DNA of 63,996 nt, filler included, from Catajapyx aquilonaris (GCA_000934665.2; 3 parts of 3 records of this genome joined end to end with filler, not necessarily neighbours in it); one strand, 5' to 3'. Shown: positions 51,601 to 63,996, numbered from the whole stretch's first letter. Numbers and translations are program-made. Notes: generated by a model from the letters alone, not told the origin.

Positions 51601-52542
51601 TGTTGGAAGCAAGAAAGGTTTTCAATGCTTCTTATGACCCTCCAGTTCTGGGTCAAACCAGGGGGCTCTTTTTTCCTACGATTATTTGGATTTGAGGGGG
51701 TAAAATCCATCAGAAGTCCAAACTCCTTTAGGATGTCATTGATTGCCTTATTAAGAACCCTTATTGAATTTATGTGATCATGATCAAATTTGGATAGGAT
51801 AATGTGGTCATTTAGCTCCAGTTCTAAAAAATCAAAGCCTCCTTCGGGTGTAATTAATCGTGTAATAAGTTGGGTTGTTTCGACAGAGGCGGCGGTGTGA
51901 AAAAAAAACACGCCTTTGATTACGAAATGATTTGATTCAGTTTCTGGAACAACAGTCAGATCAGTGCAAAAAAAACAGAAGTGTTTAGAGATATCAGCAT
52001 GTAATCGATCGTACTTCGACCTGAGCTGCCCACAAAAGTATACGCGCCCGGGTAGTCCGAGGAAGTTGTACAGTTTTAAAATTAACAAAAGAATAGTTTT
52101 CGGTGAAAGTGAGAAGATCCCTACCCTTGACATTGACTCCATCATCTTTGGACAATCGGGTAATGGGCTCAGGTTTGATGGGATTACAAAAATCAACATT
52201 TAGGAAGATCGCTGTTCTACTGGTGGTTCTGGCATTTAGATCGCCCATCAAAAATACAGGCAAGTTGGAATCAGCAGCTTGGTTTACATATTTCAAAAAG
52301 GGGGAGAACACATCGTTTAGGGAAGCAGAAGGAGGTACATAAATCGGAAAAAGAAAGTGACGAAGGCCAACATCATCATAAAACTCAATACCAATATAAT
52401 TGGGGTCAGAGGAAATTTCACGGGATTTGAGAGTCTTACTTACTATTAAGACAAGACCACCGGCAGCCCGACCGTATTTGTGAGTCCGGATGGCCACAGA
52501 ATGATAGACACTGATCGAAACCCTTGAGTCCGCTTTCAACAA
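51600..52542 (-). mobile_element. APE endonuclease region of a LINE ORF2 (frameshifted fragment)
   Basis: GRAAGGL, IYVPPS, MGDLNART and SKDDGVNVKGRDL, then a shifted-frame YTF..GRSTIDY and SNH. Confidence 0.8.
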
Positions 52543-52644
52543 ATGAGGGTGGGAGCGGCCGCAGCAATACGCCAGACACTAATGCAACAATTAACATGTC
52601 CAGTTACTTGAACTTGTATAGGTGATGCTGGATGCTCTCGTTCT

Positions 52645-52720
52645 TCAGACAACGTCCCATTCCTCCCATAAGTGCTCGATTGGGTTGATGTCCTGATGGT
52701 TTGTGAATTTGGCCCTGGAG
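52645..52720 (-). mobile_element. Tc1 transposase fragment
   Basis: QDINPIEHLW resembles the Tc1 motif SPDLNPIEHLW. Confidence 0.55.
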
Positions 52721-52906
52721 GATGTGCATAGAGAAGGCGAACTTTTCAGTGCCAAACCCGGTTCAATATGCTCCTGCCATCTCTTGGATTGGGACTCAAC
52801 TACCATGGCAACTCCAGATCCCCCCCTGTTCCCGCCAAGTTGAGTCGTATATGCCAAGGTCACGTTGCTCCCACGTGATCGTTTATGTAAACATGTTCCC
52901 TCAGTA

Positions 52907-53420
52907 CAGGGTGCCCGTAAAGTATGGACTCTGGGGAGTTTTTTTTAAAGTTACCCCGTGATAAGACGGAGCCTTTTTAGGGGGGTGGAATACCACCATT
53001 TCACTCCATTTTTCTAGATTTTAACTTCAATATCCGGTGCAAGGAGTCAAGGATGTAGGGTAGGGATTTTTGGGGAGGGAACATTGGTGCAAGTGCAATG
53101 TCGGTAAAGGGGTCATGTTCTGTCCCCCAGGAGGTTAGGTTGCCAGACACCTCCTTGGTGCAGGTGAGAGACTCTCCTGACGCAGGTGAAAGGAAAGTTC
53201 CCCAGGCGGGGATCGAACCTGGGGCCTTTCACTCAGCAAGCCGAGACCATCTCTGCCATCAACACATCCCCGACCCCTGGGAGTTTATCATAGTACAGTG
53301 TTGTGGTAATATTATGTAACCATAAGAACAACGTACCATAGTCACTGAGTAAACTTGTGAGGCCTATCGACTTTCTGAGAGCCGGACGATTCTAAAAAGT
53401 TTAATTTGCGGGACACCCTG
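52907..53420. mobile_element. Tc1/mariner-type MITE containing a SINE
   Basis: TA-CAGGGTGCCCG...CGGGACACCCTG-TA. Confidence 0.6.
52945..53277 (-). mobile_element. tRNA-derived SINE, family C, full length
   Basis: Minus-strand tRNA-like head with GGTTCGATCCCC; body homologous to 6123-6395; approximate TSD CTGG(G)GAGTTT. Confidence 0.8.
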
Positions 53421-54383
53421 TATATGAATTTTTCTCCGGCATTTTACAATCAAAAGGACCACCACGAATTTAAATGATTAATTTTAACTCAAAGTTGAAG
53501 GGTTCGGGAGAAGAAGGTGATAACCCTCAAAATTAGTAGTTGCGGGAATAGCGAAACTTTAATGGCCTTTGTAAATTCTAACGGGCCTTGACCCGGAGCT
53601 AAAAATATTTCTGGAGCCAGCATGCACTCAGACAGGTGGGACTGCAAATCCGATTCAAATTGACATGAATGGAAGTCCTTGGAAAAATTATACAACAGGG
53701 TCATGTTACTCACATGACTGTGGGTTGTCACCTTTTACCTCAAATGATACACATCAGAATAAACAAGAATAATAGGCTATGCTCTTTAATGTGCCTCTGA
53801 ATAATACATAAATTACTGTCACATACGGTACCATAACAATACATATTTAGCTGGCATCGTCAGAAAGGACGTCACTTGTTAGGTCGTCATCTTCATTTTC
53901 AATTCCTCTCGGAGACCGATAAAACGGATAGTAGATAGGAGGCACCCATTGGGTCCAACTTCTCAGCTTCGCTCTGGATGTTTCCTGATGTGCTGTAGAG
54001 GAAATTTTTAATTAGAACATATGCCAAAGCGTAGCATCGGTCTGCACTACCTTCTCTCTGTGCTGTTGGCATCCAGGAAGCCCATGTTTTTGAAAAATGG
54101 CCACTTGCATTCGTAGACATCGTTAGTACCTGCGCCATACGCGGATGATGCCTTGATCTTTTTTTTTTCTCTCTCTATTATATCTGTCTCGCAGGTTCCT
54201 GAATCTGGCCTTCACATCGGTCCCTAAAATACGAGAGAACAAAATACATGATATGCAATTCCATTAAGTTCATTGAGTACCAGCATAGTTTCCAAAATTG
54301 CTCTTGTACTGGAACAAGGTCACCAATCCATCAGGGGCAGAAACCTAACAAGGCACCAAGAGGCACTTCCTGTCTGTTTACAG

Positions 54384-56841
54384 TCATGTTCTATTCAACA
54401 TGCACTTGGGTCTTGATCGATTGTCAGCACCTTTGAATTTGAAACTTTCAATCCGTTCATTTAATTGCATCTCATTAAATATTTTCTTCTGCTGTGCAAC
54501 TTTCAATATCAAAGTGACAACTTCAGGAATCACGCCCTCTTGAAGATCATGTAGTACATCTGGTGGTTGCATATATGAAATGTGATTGTAGAGTAAATCA
54601 GCAAAGGGAGACCTAGCCTTTAACCCATACACAGATTTCAAAGTTTCATCTTGCTCTACTAGTCCCAGGTGCTCTTCATACAAGTCAGGAGTTCTTAGGT
54701 GGCACAAATTCACATCAACACATTTTTTTGCCACTCAGATGTGATCATGCAAAATCTGCATGATCTGAAGCCAGAGAAACTTTCTAGATACCCACCAATA
54801 GTGTGTACCCCTAAATTGTCAGCCAGAATACTGACAATTGTTCCTTTGAAAACTTTTATTTCTCCCTCATTATAAATTATTTTAATTCCACTAATTTCAA
54901 GCTGACTGATTTCATCGAGCAGTGGTTTCAAAATGGTAGCCAATCCAAACGGTTTGATATCTTTGCTCAGGGCCAATATTGACAAGTTTATTAACTTGAG
55001 CTTGGATCTTAATCTTGCAGGCATGTTGCCTAATGTGAAGTACACACTGCTGACTTTGTATACACCTGATTGTGGTCGCGGGGGATTGGTGCACTGGAAC
55101 TGATCAAAATATAATATGACTTGGAGAGAATTTGGATTTTGCTGGAATAATGCATTATGTGCAAAGAATTCCCCATCACAATAACAGCATATTGTTCTTG
55201 AATACTTTGATGGCCCTTAAAACTACACGACGAACATCTGGCATTCGCAGATGCATATGTAATATTCAAGAATAGACACATATTGAAATGATTTTTGGTT
55301 CTCTTCTGGTGAGTTTACTGGTAGCAGAACAGTTCTTGACTTGATCATATGACAACCATTTACTTTTATGGCAGACTGGATTTTTTTTTTTTTTCAGTAC
55401 CCCGGAGGGCTTACAGGCCTTTGGGGGGAGACGTAGACCAGCAGACTACATACGTTTACAGTTTGAAAGACACTAATCAATAAAGTTTATGCGTTTACAT
55501 ACATTAATCAAAAAATTTTGCAAATTATAAAAGTTTGTACCGGAAATGTTATTTACCATCACAAGTAAGTTCAGATTTGGCGCCGGTGGAAAGGAATACA
55601 GAAAAGATGTTCTTGGAGTAATAAAAAAAAGGACAATCGTATAGTATGTGTATTAAATCAAAGGCCACTTGCTGGTTGCAATAGGTACAGTTCTGCTCGG
55701 GTGTGAGGGCAATATAAGAGGAGCCAATCCTGATGTAGATAGATGCGTTTTTGATGTTTATAATAGTCCGTTTGATAGGTAGCGGGAGTTGAGGGTCTAA
55801 ATAATTTGTATTATTACCCTCATTAATAAATATGTCCCTGTAGTCCACATACCTTGTAGTGCGCTGCAGCATATTCATATCCGTCAAACGAATCTGAATA
55901 GTCAATTCATTGTAACAGCCTGGCGACTCTAGCTCGTCTAGGGTACCCACTGAGGTATTTAAATGGGCCAAGTGCGTGTCAACGCACTTTAGCCACGTTG
56001 GACGCTTATTTTGTGACGAAGCGTTTGCCAGACTACGCTGCCAAGCAGAAGCTAAGAGCGAAGAAGTTGGTGCGTTCTTTACCTTTCTTACAAATTTGAT
56101 GAGCAGTTTTATTAACCTAACCTGCAACGACTCCACGTTCAATTCTAACCGAATAAAATACCCAGCCGTCGTCTTGGGCAAGGCGAAAAAATTTTTAAGA
56201 AAAAAATTTAAGATAACATCAACTTCATCGTAGTGACCAAGAGCCCAGATTTGAGAGGCGTAGGCCACTACAGGGAAAATTTTCGAGTGGAACATTTTCA
56301 GTGCCACGTTCAGGTCCCTCAGGTGCAACTTCAGCAAGGCTGGCCAAAGAGAATACACTGCGGCTTTCGCTCTTGCCACGAAATAAAGAGCCGTCCGACG
56401 GAAATTGCCATTATTAAAGAAAGGGACTCCAAGGTATACGTACGAGGTAACTTGTTCCAGAGGTGCTTCATTCATCAGGAATGTGCGTTTGTATGTTCCG
56501 CCTACTTTTGAGAAAATCATATGGCAGACTGGATATTACCCACAGTTACTGAGTTATTGAAACCCTACAGTGGATCAGCAACAGTCATGATGTGATCTAA
56601 CTTGACTCTCTAGCTGCTCTTCAGATAACTCTAACTGGTTCAGTTGCTTAGAAATTGTTTCTTTAAAACTGTCCATTACGATAGTATGCAATTCACAAAA
56701 TTCCTTTCCAAATGACAAGCTTGTCATTAAAGAGAACTTATGTCTCTCATGCAATTGCAACACCGTCATTGCCATTTTATGAGGCACACGAGATACATCA
56801 CTATACAGTTCTGCATTTTCAGTATTTTGGGTTCCTTCCAC
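54384..56841 (-). pseudogene. Animal EnSpm/CACTA (CMC)-type transposase, frameshifted and interrupted by a LINE
   Basis: YFTLGNMPARLRSKL, LKPLLDEI, ADNLGVHTIGGYLESF..CRFC and PPDVLHDLQEGV. Confidence 0.8.
55382..56519 (-). mobile_element. 5'-truncated LINE (post-RT thumb/C-terminal region, RTE-X-like) with poly(A) and TSD
   Basis: Open 323-aa frame with YVYLG, AYASQIW and CTYC..HILYDCP; T-run at 55381-55394; 15-bp TSD TATGGCAGACTGGAT at 55367-55381 and 56520-56534. Confidence 0.9.
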
Positions 56842-57059
56842 ATTCTCTGTGATTCCTACAGTACACTTTCGTATTGTTCTACTTCATGTTGCACAGCATC
56901 ACTAGCATTATTCTCACAAGCTTCTGTACCATAATTCTTGACCTGCTAATTATAGGAACAATACTGAGCATTTAAAGTATATTATTTACATTTCTTCCCC
57001 TGCATGAATGAAACTAATAAAGTTAATGTGAAATTGGCACTTTCCCTATCTTATTCATT

Positions 57060-57850
57060 GTGAATTGGGGCTTGCAAATTTGCCAATACACAGCACATGT
57101 GCAAAATGTTGTCAAGATATGGTAGTAAATCAATAATAATCCTCTTATTTAAAATCTCATAAAACTTGATTCTGTTGATGACCCTTTCCACATGTATCCG
57201 TAAGTTGCAACCTTAAGCGTTTCACTCATCATTTCTTCTGAGAATTGTGCACCACCCTGTGCAAAATGAGGCATAACCAGGATGGCACCACCATTCTCGC
57301 ATCTACTTTTAATTTGTGGGAACCCCCGATCATCCAGCACCAAATCACCAGGCTCCAAAAGTGTCAGAAGTTATGTCACTGTCTGTAGTGCACCCACTAG
57401 GAGCAACGGCAATGAAATATTTCACAGTATATCCACCCTTGTACTGGGAGTACAAATGCGCCTGGTGTGTTTAGGTTTCTCAGTTTTAACTTCAAAGCAG
57501 TCAATGATGGCACGACAGTGTGGATATGTACCCTTGAAATCATCTGGTAGAGCAGCTTGCACAACGTGTCGGGGCAGACACCTGATCCAGTCTGCTGTTA
57601 GCGAGCAAAGTTTTTGTAATGTGACGTAAAATATCTGAGATGATGTTGTGCAATGGACAGAAAATAGAATTGCAAGGGCCCTAAATGACAGTCCCAACGT
57701 CATCTTCATCAGGAATAAAATAATCTTATCTTCAACTCGAAGTTCATCACAACGCTGACTAGCACTACAACCCTTCAAAATCGACATCAGCATTGCAAAA
57801 ACTGCAGCCGTCACACCACACAATGCTGAGAAGTCTGCATCTTGCAGGCA
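57060..57850 (-). pseudogene. ISL2EU/Harbinger-type DDE_Tnp_4 transposase remnant
   Basis: HTH-like FLMKMTLGLSFRALAILFSV, IIDCFEVKTEKP, PGDLVLDDRGF and a shifted HVERVINRIK. Confidence 0.85.
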
Positions 57851-58379
57851 TGTCAGAGTGGTGTACCCATTAAATGATACAGTTCGGTAACCGGGGCCAC
57901 AAGACGCAGTTACAGTTAAAAACAGTAGTTGGGGTGGTCGAAGTGACCATTCATGTATCGTAGTGTTGGTGATGCAGTCACCATTTTCTGAGTGTTAATT
58001 GGGGAGTAACTATGTCCTCCCAAGTGCGTGTTCACGTGTAAGTGTCGTACCTACACACAAACTTATGGTGCGTATGGTTGACGTCCGGATCTTCATCCGG
58101 AATACCATGACAATGAGGGTCTACCGGAAGGAAGTCCTGAAGGAAGACCGAAGGAAGGAAGTCCAACTCCGGAACAACCAGAGGACCGCATAGTGACTTC
58201 GCGGGCCCATTCCTGCTCGGACGGAGTGCTTTCCGTCATGGACAAATCAAGCAAGAGTAAGGAAAGGACCACGGAAGCGCACATTGATGTAACAGCAGAG
58301 TTTGAAACTGCATAATCATAATTGTATTTTGAAACTTAAGCTTTAATAATAAATTGATATTTAAACATACTTGTTGTTG

Positions 58380-61300
58380 CCCACTTTCTTCAACAATTTC
58401 CTGCGCTCAACACGGATAATTTGGGAGTTCATCTCGATTATCCGGAGGCCTGACACAATATATTATGGCAGATTGGGACACAATTTATCATCACCTCCTT
58501 TCCCTCTTTTGATATTGTGACACCGACTGCATGGACGGGAAAAACACTTTCTCCCATGAGCAGCGTTGCATCATACAGCATACCTGGTAATTAAAGGTTA
58601 ATATGACGTGGGACTTCATTTAAATCAATACAGCAAAGATATGAAGGCTGCACTTGGACAAGAGATATCATGAGAAAGCTTTTAAATGTACTGTAGAAAG
58701 TAACTAATGAAGGGCTTAATAGCATACAAATCATGCCCATTGTAAGCAGATGCCACTAAAACATGGACGGAAGAGCGCAGTAATTAATACGTGAATGTAA
58801 TTTCGGTTCATTAGGACACTTAAAACAATGGTGCTTTCAACCCTCACGTAACTGAAAGTCACACACCCGATCACGACATTATAATCTCAAACACATACGG
58901 CAACGTGTGATGTGAGGAGACTTTGGAACCAGGATTGCTGGTTGTCCCAGGACACTTCGGACTGTGAATTGCGACGCATATTCTGCCAGATAAATGTGTC
59001 AGCATCTGACCAGAACCAGATATATCCACAATCCGACCATGTTCGCTAAGGACCAATATGGCCTCCGATTAATTAATTGGCAAATCCGCAATAACGTTCC
59101 TTGCACTACGGAGCACCAGATCATCAGCATAGATGCGAATATACAAACGACAATAAGAGGCCCCTATATTCCCTTCATTATAACGGAGAAAACAATCCGT
59201 TCACAAAGAGGCCGCCTTTGAGTGAGACGTTCCAATATTCAAGTGTGCGACAATGACCTGCTTTTTAATTTGTCTCAGCATATGAGTACCGCGAATTATG
59301 TGCCGGCCATACATCTAGCATCTTCCAGGCTGTGAATCCAAATGATATGAGTAAACGACGGATCACGTGTCAATAGAGACCACTGAGTCGGACCAGAGCT
59401 TGACCTGGGGACAACCCACTTTGTCGTCTTCATCAACTGCAGCGACCAAGACTCAGACCCTGAGACTCGAAGAAATTCCACCCAACGTGCGGAGGTGGCC
59501 ACAATAACGACGACTTACATATGCTGCTAAAGAAGGCAAAAGAGTGACTATTAAAGTGGCATCGACATTGGTGATATACATGAGTTAGAAGCACGTATTG
59601 CTCATTCTGGTCTGCAACATTTGCCGCGCAATCAAATGTTGGCTGACGGCGTAGCAACATTGAACTGCCCAGTACAAACGTGTAGGCCTTCAATTTGAAC
59701 AAGATACGGACGAAGCACTCACATGAAAAGAAATTCATAACAGCCGAGAGGCAAATAAAAGGAGATATGCATGTACCCAACTTAGTACTACATCCAACTT
59801 AGCCCTGTATAACAAATGGTCCTTTTATACTTTATAGGAAGAGATGCAGATGCCCAACAGCAGGTGCTACTATTGCTTCAAACACATGAACATTACAGAA
59901 GAGCTTTTAGCTACTCATAACAATCAGTAGCACTCTATTCAGGTTCTAAGAATCTGTGACTTTTCCAAGGAGAAACATCCTGATGTTCTTACCCAAATTT
60001 CGACGCACAGGAGGTCCTGTAATCCCCCCAAAAAGGACCGAGTCTTGTCGAGGGATGTGATTTGAATTTCTTCACCACCTCTCACTATACGTAGCAACAG
60101 TTAAAGAGAGAAACTCTGACCAGAACATAACCAAATTCAAACTAGAGCAACATGTAGAAGTTTTCATAAGTATAGGAGTTTTCATAATGAATTGCCAAGA
60201 GTGACGACACAGGCACTGCAGCTTTGTATCTCACAACAACAGCACAGAAGAGGTTCATAATCATACTCCGACAGCTGGGACTGGATAATCAAACAACCAG
60301 AATTAAACAAAATGATGACGACCTCATCTGTGGAGTACAAGAGATTTCAACTGTCGACACGAAAATTACAAAGATATTTTAAGTTCTTCAAGACGGCCTA
60401 ATACGAGTACATTCTACTTTCGAAGTACATTTGGCCTGCATACAACTACAATCGAGGACCTTCATTTGTAGCTACCGTCAGTAGGCTGAATGACACCAAG
60501 GTATAATTTAAATCCAATTTTATAACTAAGCAGATCCCAGAGGATAACCAGCTCAGCAATATGTTCTTTCATGCGCACATTTGATTACTCTATCTTGTGT
60601 GAATGTCATATTTCAGAAAGCCTTGCTCAATACCTAACAACACCACTAATAAATGGTCAAATGTGAAAGAAAACTCTACCGCGATAGTTATAGTGTAGCA
60701 CATGTTGCGAATAATAGTACACGTGACACAGTCATGAACTGCACCAGCAATTAAAAACATGGCATATTAATTGAAGACCGGGGAATGACACTTATTGGTT
60801 GGCGCATGTTCTGGACCACCCTTGGTAATGTCTCCAGCAAATGCAGTTAGGTGATAGATTCATTACCGCTACCGATGGAAGGACACAAAATGCATCACCA
60901 AAGTGAGAGGCACTAGACAAACTCTCCCCCATACAACAAGATACAAGACACCAAAATTATGTCAACTTACAACAAGACGGTAACAGTAGGCCCCTATCAA
61001 ATTTGTTAAAATAATAAATGTCGCCTTTCAGCAAAAAGCATAAACCATTTTATACACCTAGGCATATCGAGTCGTAGTATCAACATGTGGATGCTGCACT
61101 ATCTAAAGCAAGTGAAAGTGAAAGTCATGGATGCTACCCAAGAATGGGACGAAGTACGTATACTGTAGCAATGACAACAGTGCTCTTTCCTGTTGACCTA
61201 CACATTGTTGCTTAATTCCAACCTGCAGAGGCATTCTCTTTGGTCGGCAGAAGTTCTCGACTCTACTGGAAATATAGTCCGGCGATTGCACCGGATGCAT

Positions 61301-61824
61301 TGGAGAGAAGGTTCAAACAAAGAGCATTAAATATCTATACACACAGTAACCAAGGACTTTTATCATCATGGTTTACTCCTGTAAAAAGAGCAGAAGTACT
61401 GGAGTAATGGTGTTCCGCAGTGGCTGCAGGATGGCCTGAAGGAAGATTCCGACCTGATGTGGCCCGCAGATGTTGAGGTACGAGGTTCTAAGTAGTCTTC
61501 ACGTGATACTGACAAACCTCCAGGAAAGAGCTTATTGGGGAGGCAGGAGGAGCACCAAGTGGCAGCTACTTAACAACAATATGACTGATGCGAAAGTACA
61601 TGTTTAGGAAAAGAGAGTATATTGTACTGCCCAAAACGACTCCAATGTCGGGGAGGCTTTGTAACACCATGTGGATCAACAATAAGCTACAAAAATTAAC
61701 GAAGCATTTACCGGTATCTGTCGCATTTATTGACAGAGAATGGGTCCGATCGTTCAGCTGGAACAAGCTGATTACTGTACTGGAACTTCTAGAGAATGTA
61801 CCACACGAGCATCAGAGTAATTGA
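58380..61824 (+). pseudogene. Putative endogenous viral element: degraded C-terminal half of a mononegavirus-like L polymerase
   Basis: Collinear degenerate motifs SRLSGGL (~58430), HPI/HDI..TYG (58864-58900), RTLR (58949), PTMFA..LRLINW..NVPCTTEH (59033-59116), RGPYIPFI.TEK (59156-59191) and SIFQAV (~59320), plus a weak HKYRS and SDDTGTAA methyltransferase-like stretch (~60165-60225). Many stops and frameshifts; boundaries approximate. Confidence 0.55.
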
Positions 61825-63996
61825 TGGAATAATATATTCAGTGGTGGGCACAGCTAGCCCCTAATCAGCTAACTAAAAAAAAGTTGACGTCGCTAAAATA
61901 ATACCACATGAAGAGAGGTGTGGAAATAAAATCAAATATGGGACAGATGAAAGGAAGAGAAAAAAGAAGACTAAATAGACTTATCGTTCTTTGCTGATTC
62001 ACATTATTCACGACAACACATAGCTTCAGTCACTCTTTAGATACAACTTGGGATTCCTATTTTTGAGAGCAATATTACTGTTAGGCCTATGTACCGAGAG
62101 GAACTGAAATCTTTCAACTCTTACGGAAACTCAACGAATTCACCCACTGATATAAGATGCCATAACAGTGATATGTGCCACACTGCAAAATAAACGTAAT
62201 GTCACACTCGAATAGTTAATGCACAGGCCAAATTCAAGGACAATGCATGATCTAGGTCGACCTGAACTTTGAACTTTGCAATTTGCAAGTCGCTGACCAC
62301 CACGAGTGTTTCCAATCCTTCAATTAGCAGTCAGAAAAAAGAAGCAGCCCAAATTCACTGAAAATGTCATGCTGGCTAATAGACAGGGGACTTCCAAATA
62401 TGCCAACAGTGACCTAATAATGACACGCAGTACTAAATTTCTATTTCGTTGAAGGAATATCGATTGCGACGTATGAATAAAATTAGCAACGTCGTTTCAG
62501 CAATATTTGCACATAACCTCATGCCAAGAATGCGACACTACGTTTAGCTTAAAATGCTTCTAAGAACATAAAAGGAAGCAATGGTCACAACCAAAGACCA
62601 TTTTCACATTCTCTGTGCAGGGCAAGTTACTTCAAAGTAATACATAGTGTGACAAGATATGTGCAGTATTTAATTATACAAGGAGATAAAACCAATGTGC
62701 ACTAAGTGGTACCTAATGACGATGCCCATTTCTTAAATTCCGCAATAATTATGCTACTGATAAAGCATTCTCATCAAATTGGCATACAAGCAATATTATT
62801 TAAAAAGCTGTCTATGTGACGTAATTAATAATGAGAAATACAATTATTTTAGTAGGAGAATCACGTTTATATTACCCCTGATAATGTTAAGATACTGTCA
62901 TTCATGTAAAATGCCAACCTTTCAGACATCTCTAACAGACGGACACTTTAAGGTCAGCACGTTGGATCATGAGGGAGACCATCTCTTCGGCCTGTGATTG
63001 ATGTTTCAGCAATGTTTTCTTTCAAGTTTAAGTTTTCGTGTCAATATTTTGGAACCAATAAAGTGTTGAGTTGCTACACAATAACGAGTGTCAACCTCGT
63101 GCAATGTGTTGTGGGAGCCTTTTACACAGAAACAGTGATTCAGTATCTGTTGCAGTATCTATTTCTGAATCACTGTCCTCCTTATGGGACAGTCTGCCTA
63201 CTCCAGTCTCCTGAACTCAAAATGTTCCCGCCACCTGGCGGCACTCCAATCAGTCAGGGGGATAAATGTCGGACCACGTGGTCCCGACAACTTATTAGTA
63301 GTACGACGGAAATTCCTCCAATTAATTTTCCATGAGCCACTCCATATAAGTGTTTTATGAAATTATGAACTTCAATATTAATCGCATTTAATTTCTAGAC
63401 TATTCGTTCGAATTTATTGCCATGAAACATTTATGCACCTCTTTTAGATGCTGATTTTAACGGTAATGTTTGATTTTTTACATGTAGACGGCTTTGTTGT
63501 AGGGTTTTAATTAGCATATTCAGGTATTATATCCTCCATGGCATTAGGAATGCATTGCCGGCGCTAACTCGTTTATTTGTTTTGTTTTTTGGAGCTGTCG
63601 GTTTTTGATTTTCACCACCTCAGTTACTCCAAGGAGTTACGAAACTATACTAGTTGCTCCTATTAAGTTAATTAAAAGTAAGTCATTCTGGCCTTGAAAT
63701 GCAATAAATTTTATGATCCCAACACATACTGTGCGTAGTTATTATTTCTGGCATCTCTGACCACTGCATAAATGAAAATGCTCAATTCTTTCCATCCATC
63801 CAAACACAACTGGCCTAGAGACACCTTATCATGTAAGACCTACTCTCACCTTCTTTAATGTGCTCACTAGAAAAATACTCGCTCCGCTCGATTTTTCTAG
63901 GCCTTCGGCCGCAGCCTGCGGCTGTTACTTCGCGTAAAACCATAACATATGGGGTACAAACCAGGGTTGTTTCAGGTGGGCCCGACCCCCCCCCCC

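Noticed and set aside
62000..63335. Possible further viral or TE coding remnants after the EVE
   Set aside because: No motif I can identify; needs a frameshift-aware search.

Overview
Eukaryotic, animal (probably arthropod-type invertebrate) genomic DNA, dominated by repeats, with two artificial 100-bp scaffold spacers (21524-21623 and 43091-43190). Two host genes are recognisable. One is a complete 4-exon secreted cystine-knot gene of the sclerostin/SOSTDC1 (Wise) family on the minus strand (26549-27724, 252 aa by my splice model). The other is the first two coding exons of ATIC/purH on the plus strand (37291-37678); I could not find its later exons in the window. The first 43 kb carry many non-autonomous DNA transposons, several of them long foldback inverted repeats (Academ-, hAT-, P-, piggyBac-, Kolobok-, mariner/Tc1- and pogo-like), plus three tRNA-derived SINE families. 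From 43 to 58 kb is a nested graveyard of degenerate TE coding sequences, essentially all on the minus strand: tyrosine-recombinase-like, Myb/SANT, hAT, R2/NeSL-like zinc fingers, APE, Tc1, EnSpm, LINE and ISL2EU/Harbinger. It is followed by a ~3.4-kb degraded segment that looks like the C-terminal half of a negative-strand RNA virus L polymerase (endogenous viral element). All family assignments are by eye from motifs, TIRs and TSDs; no searches were run.
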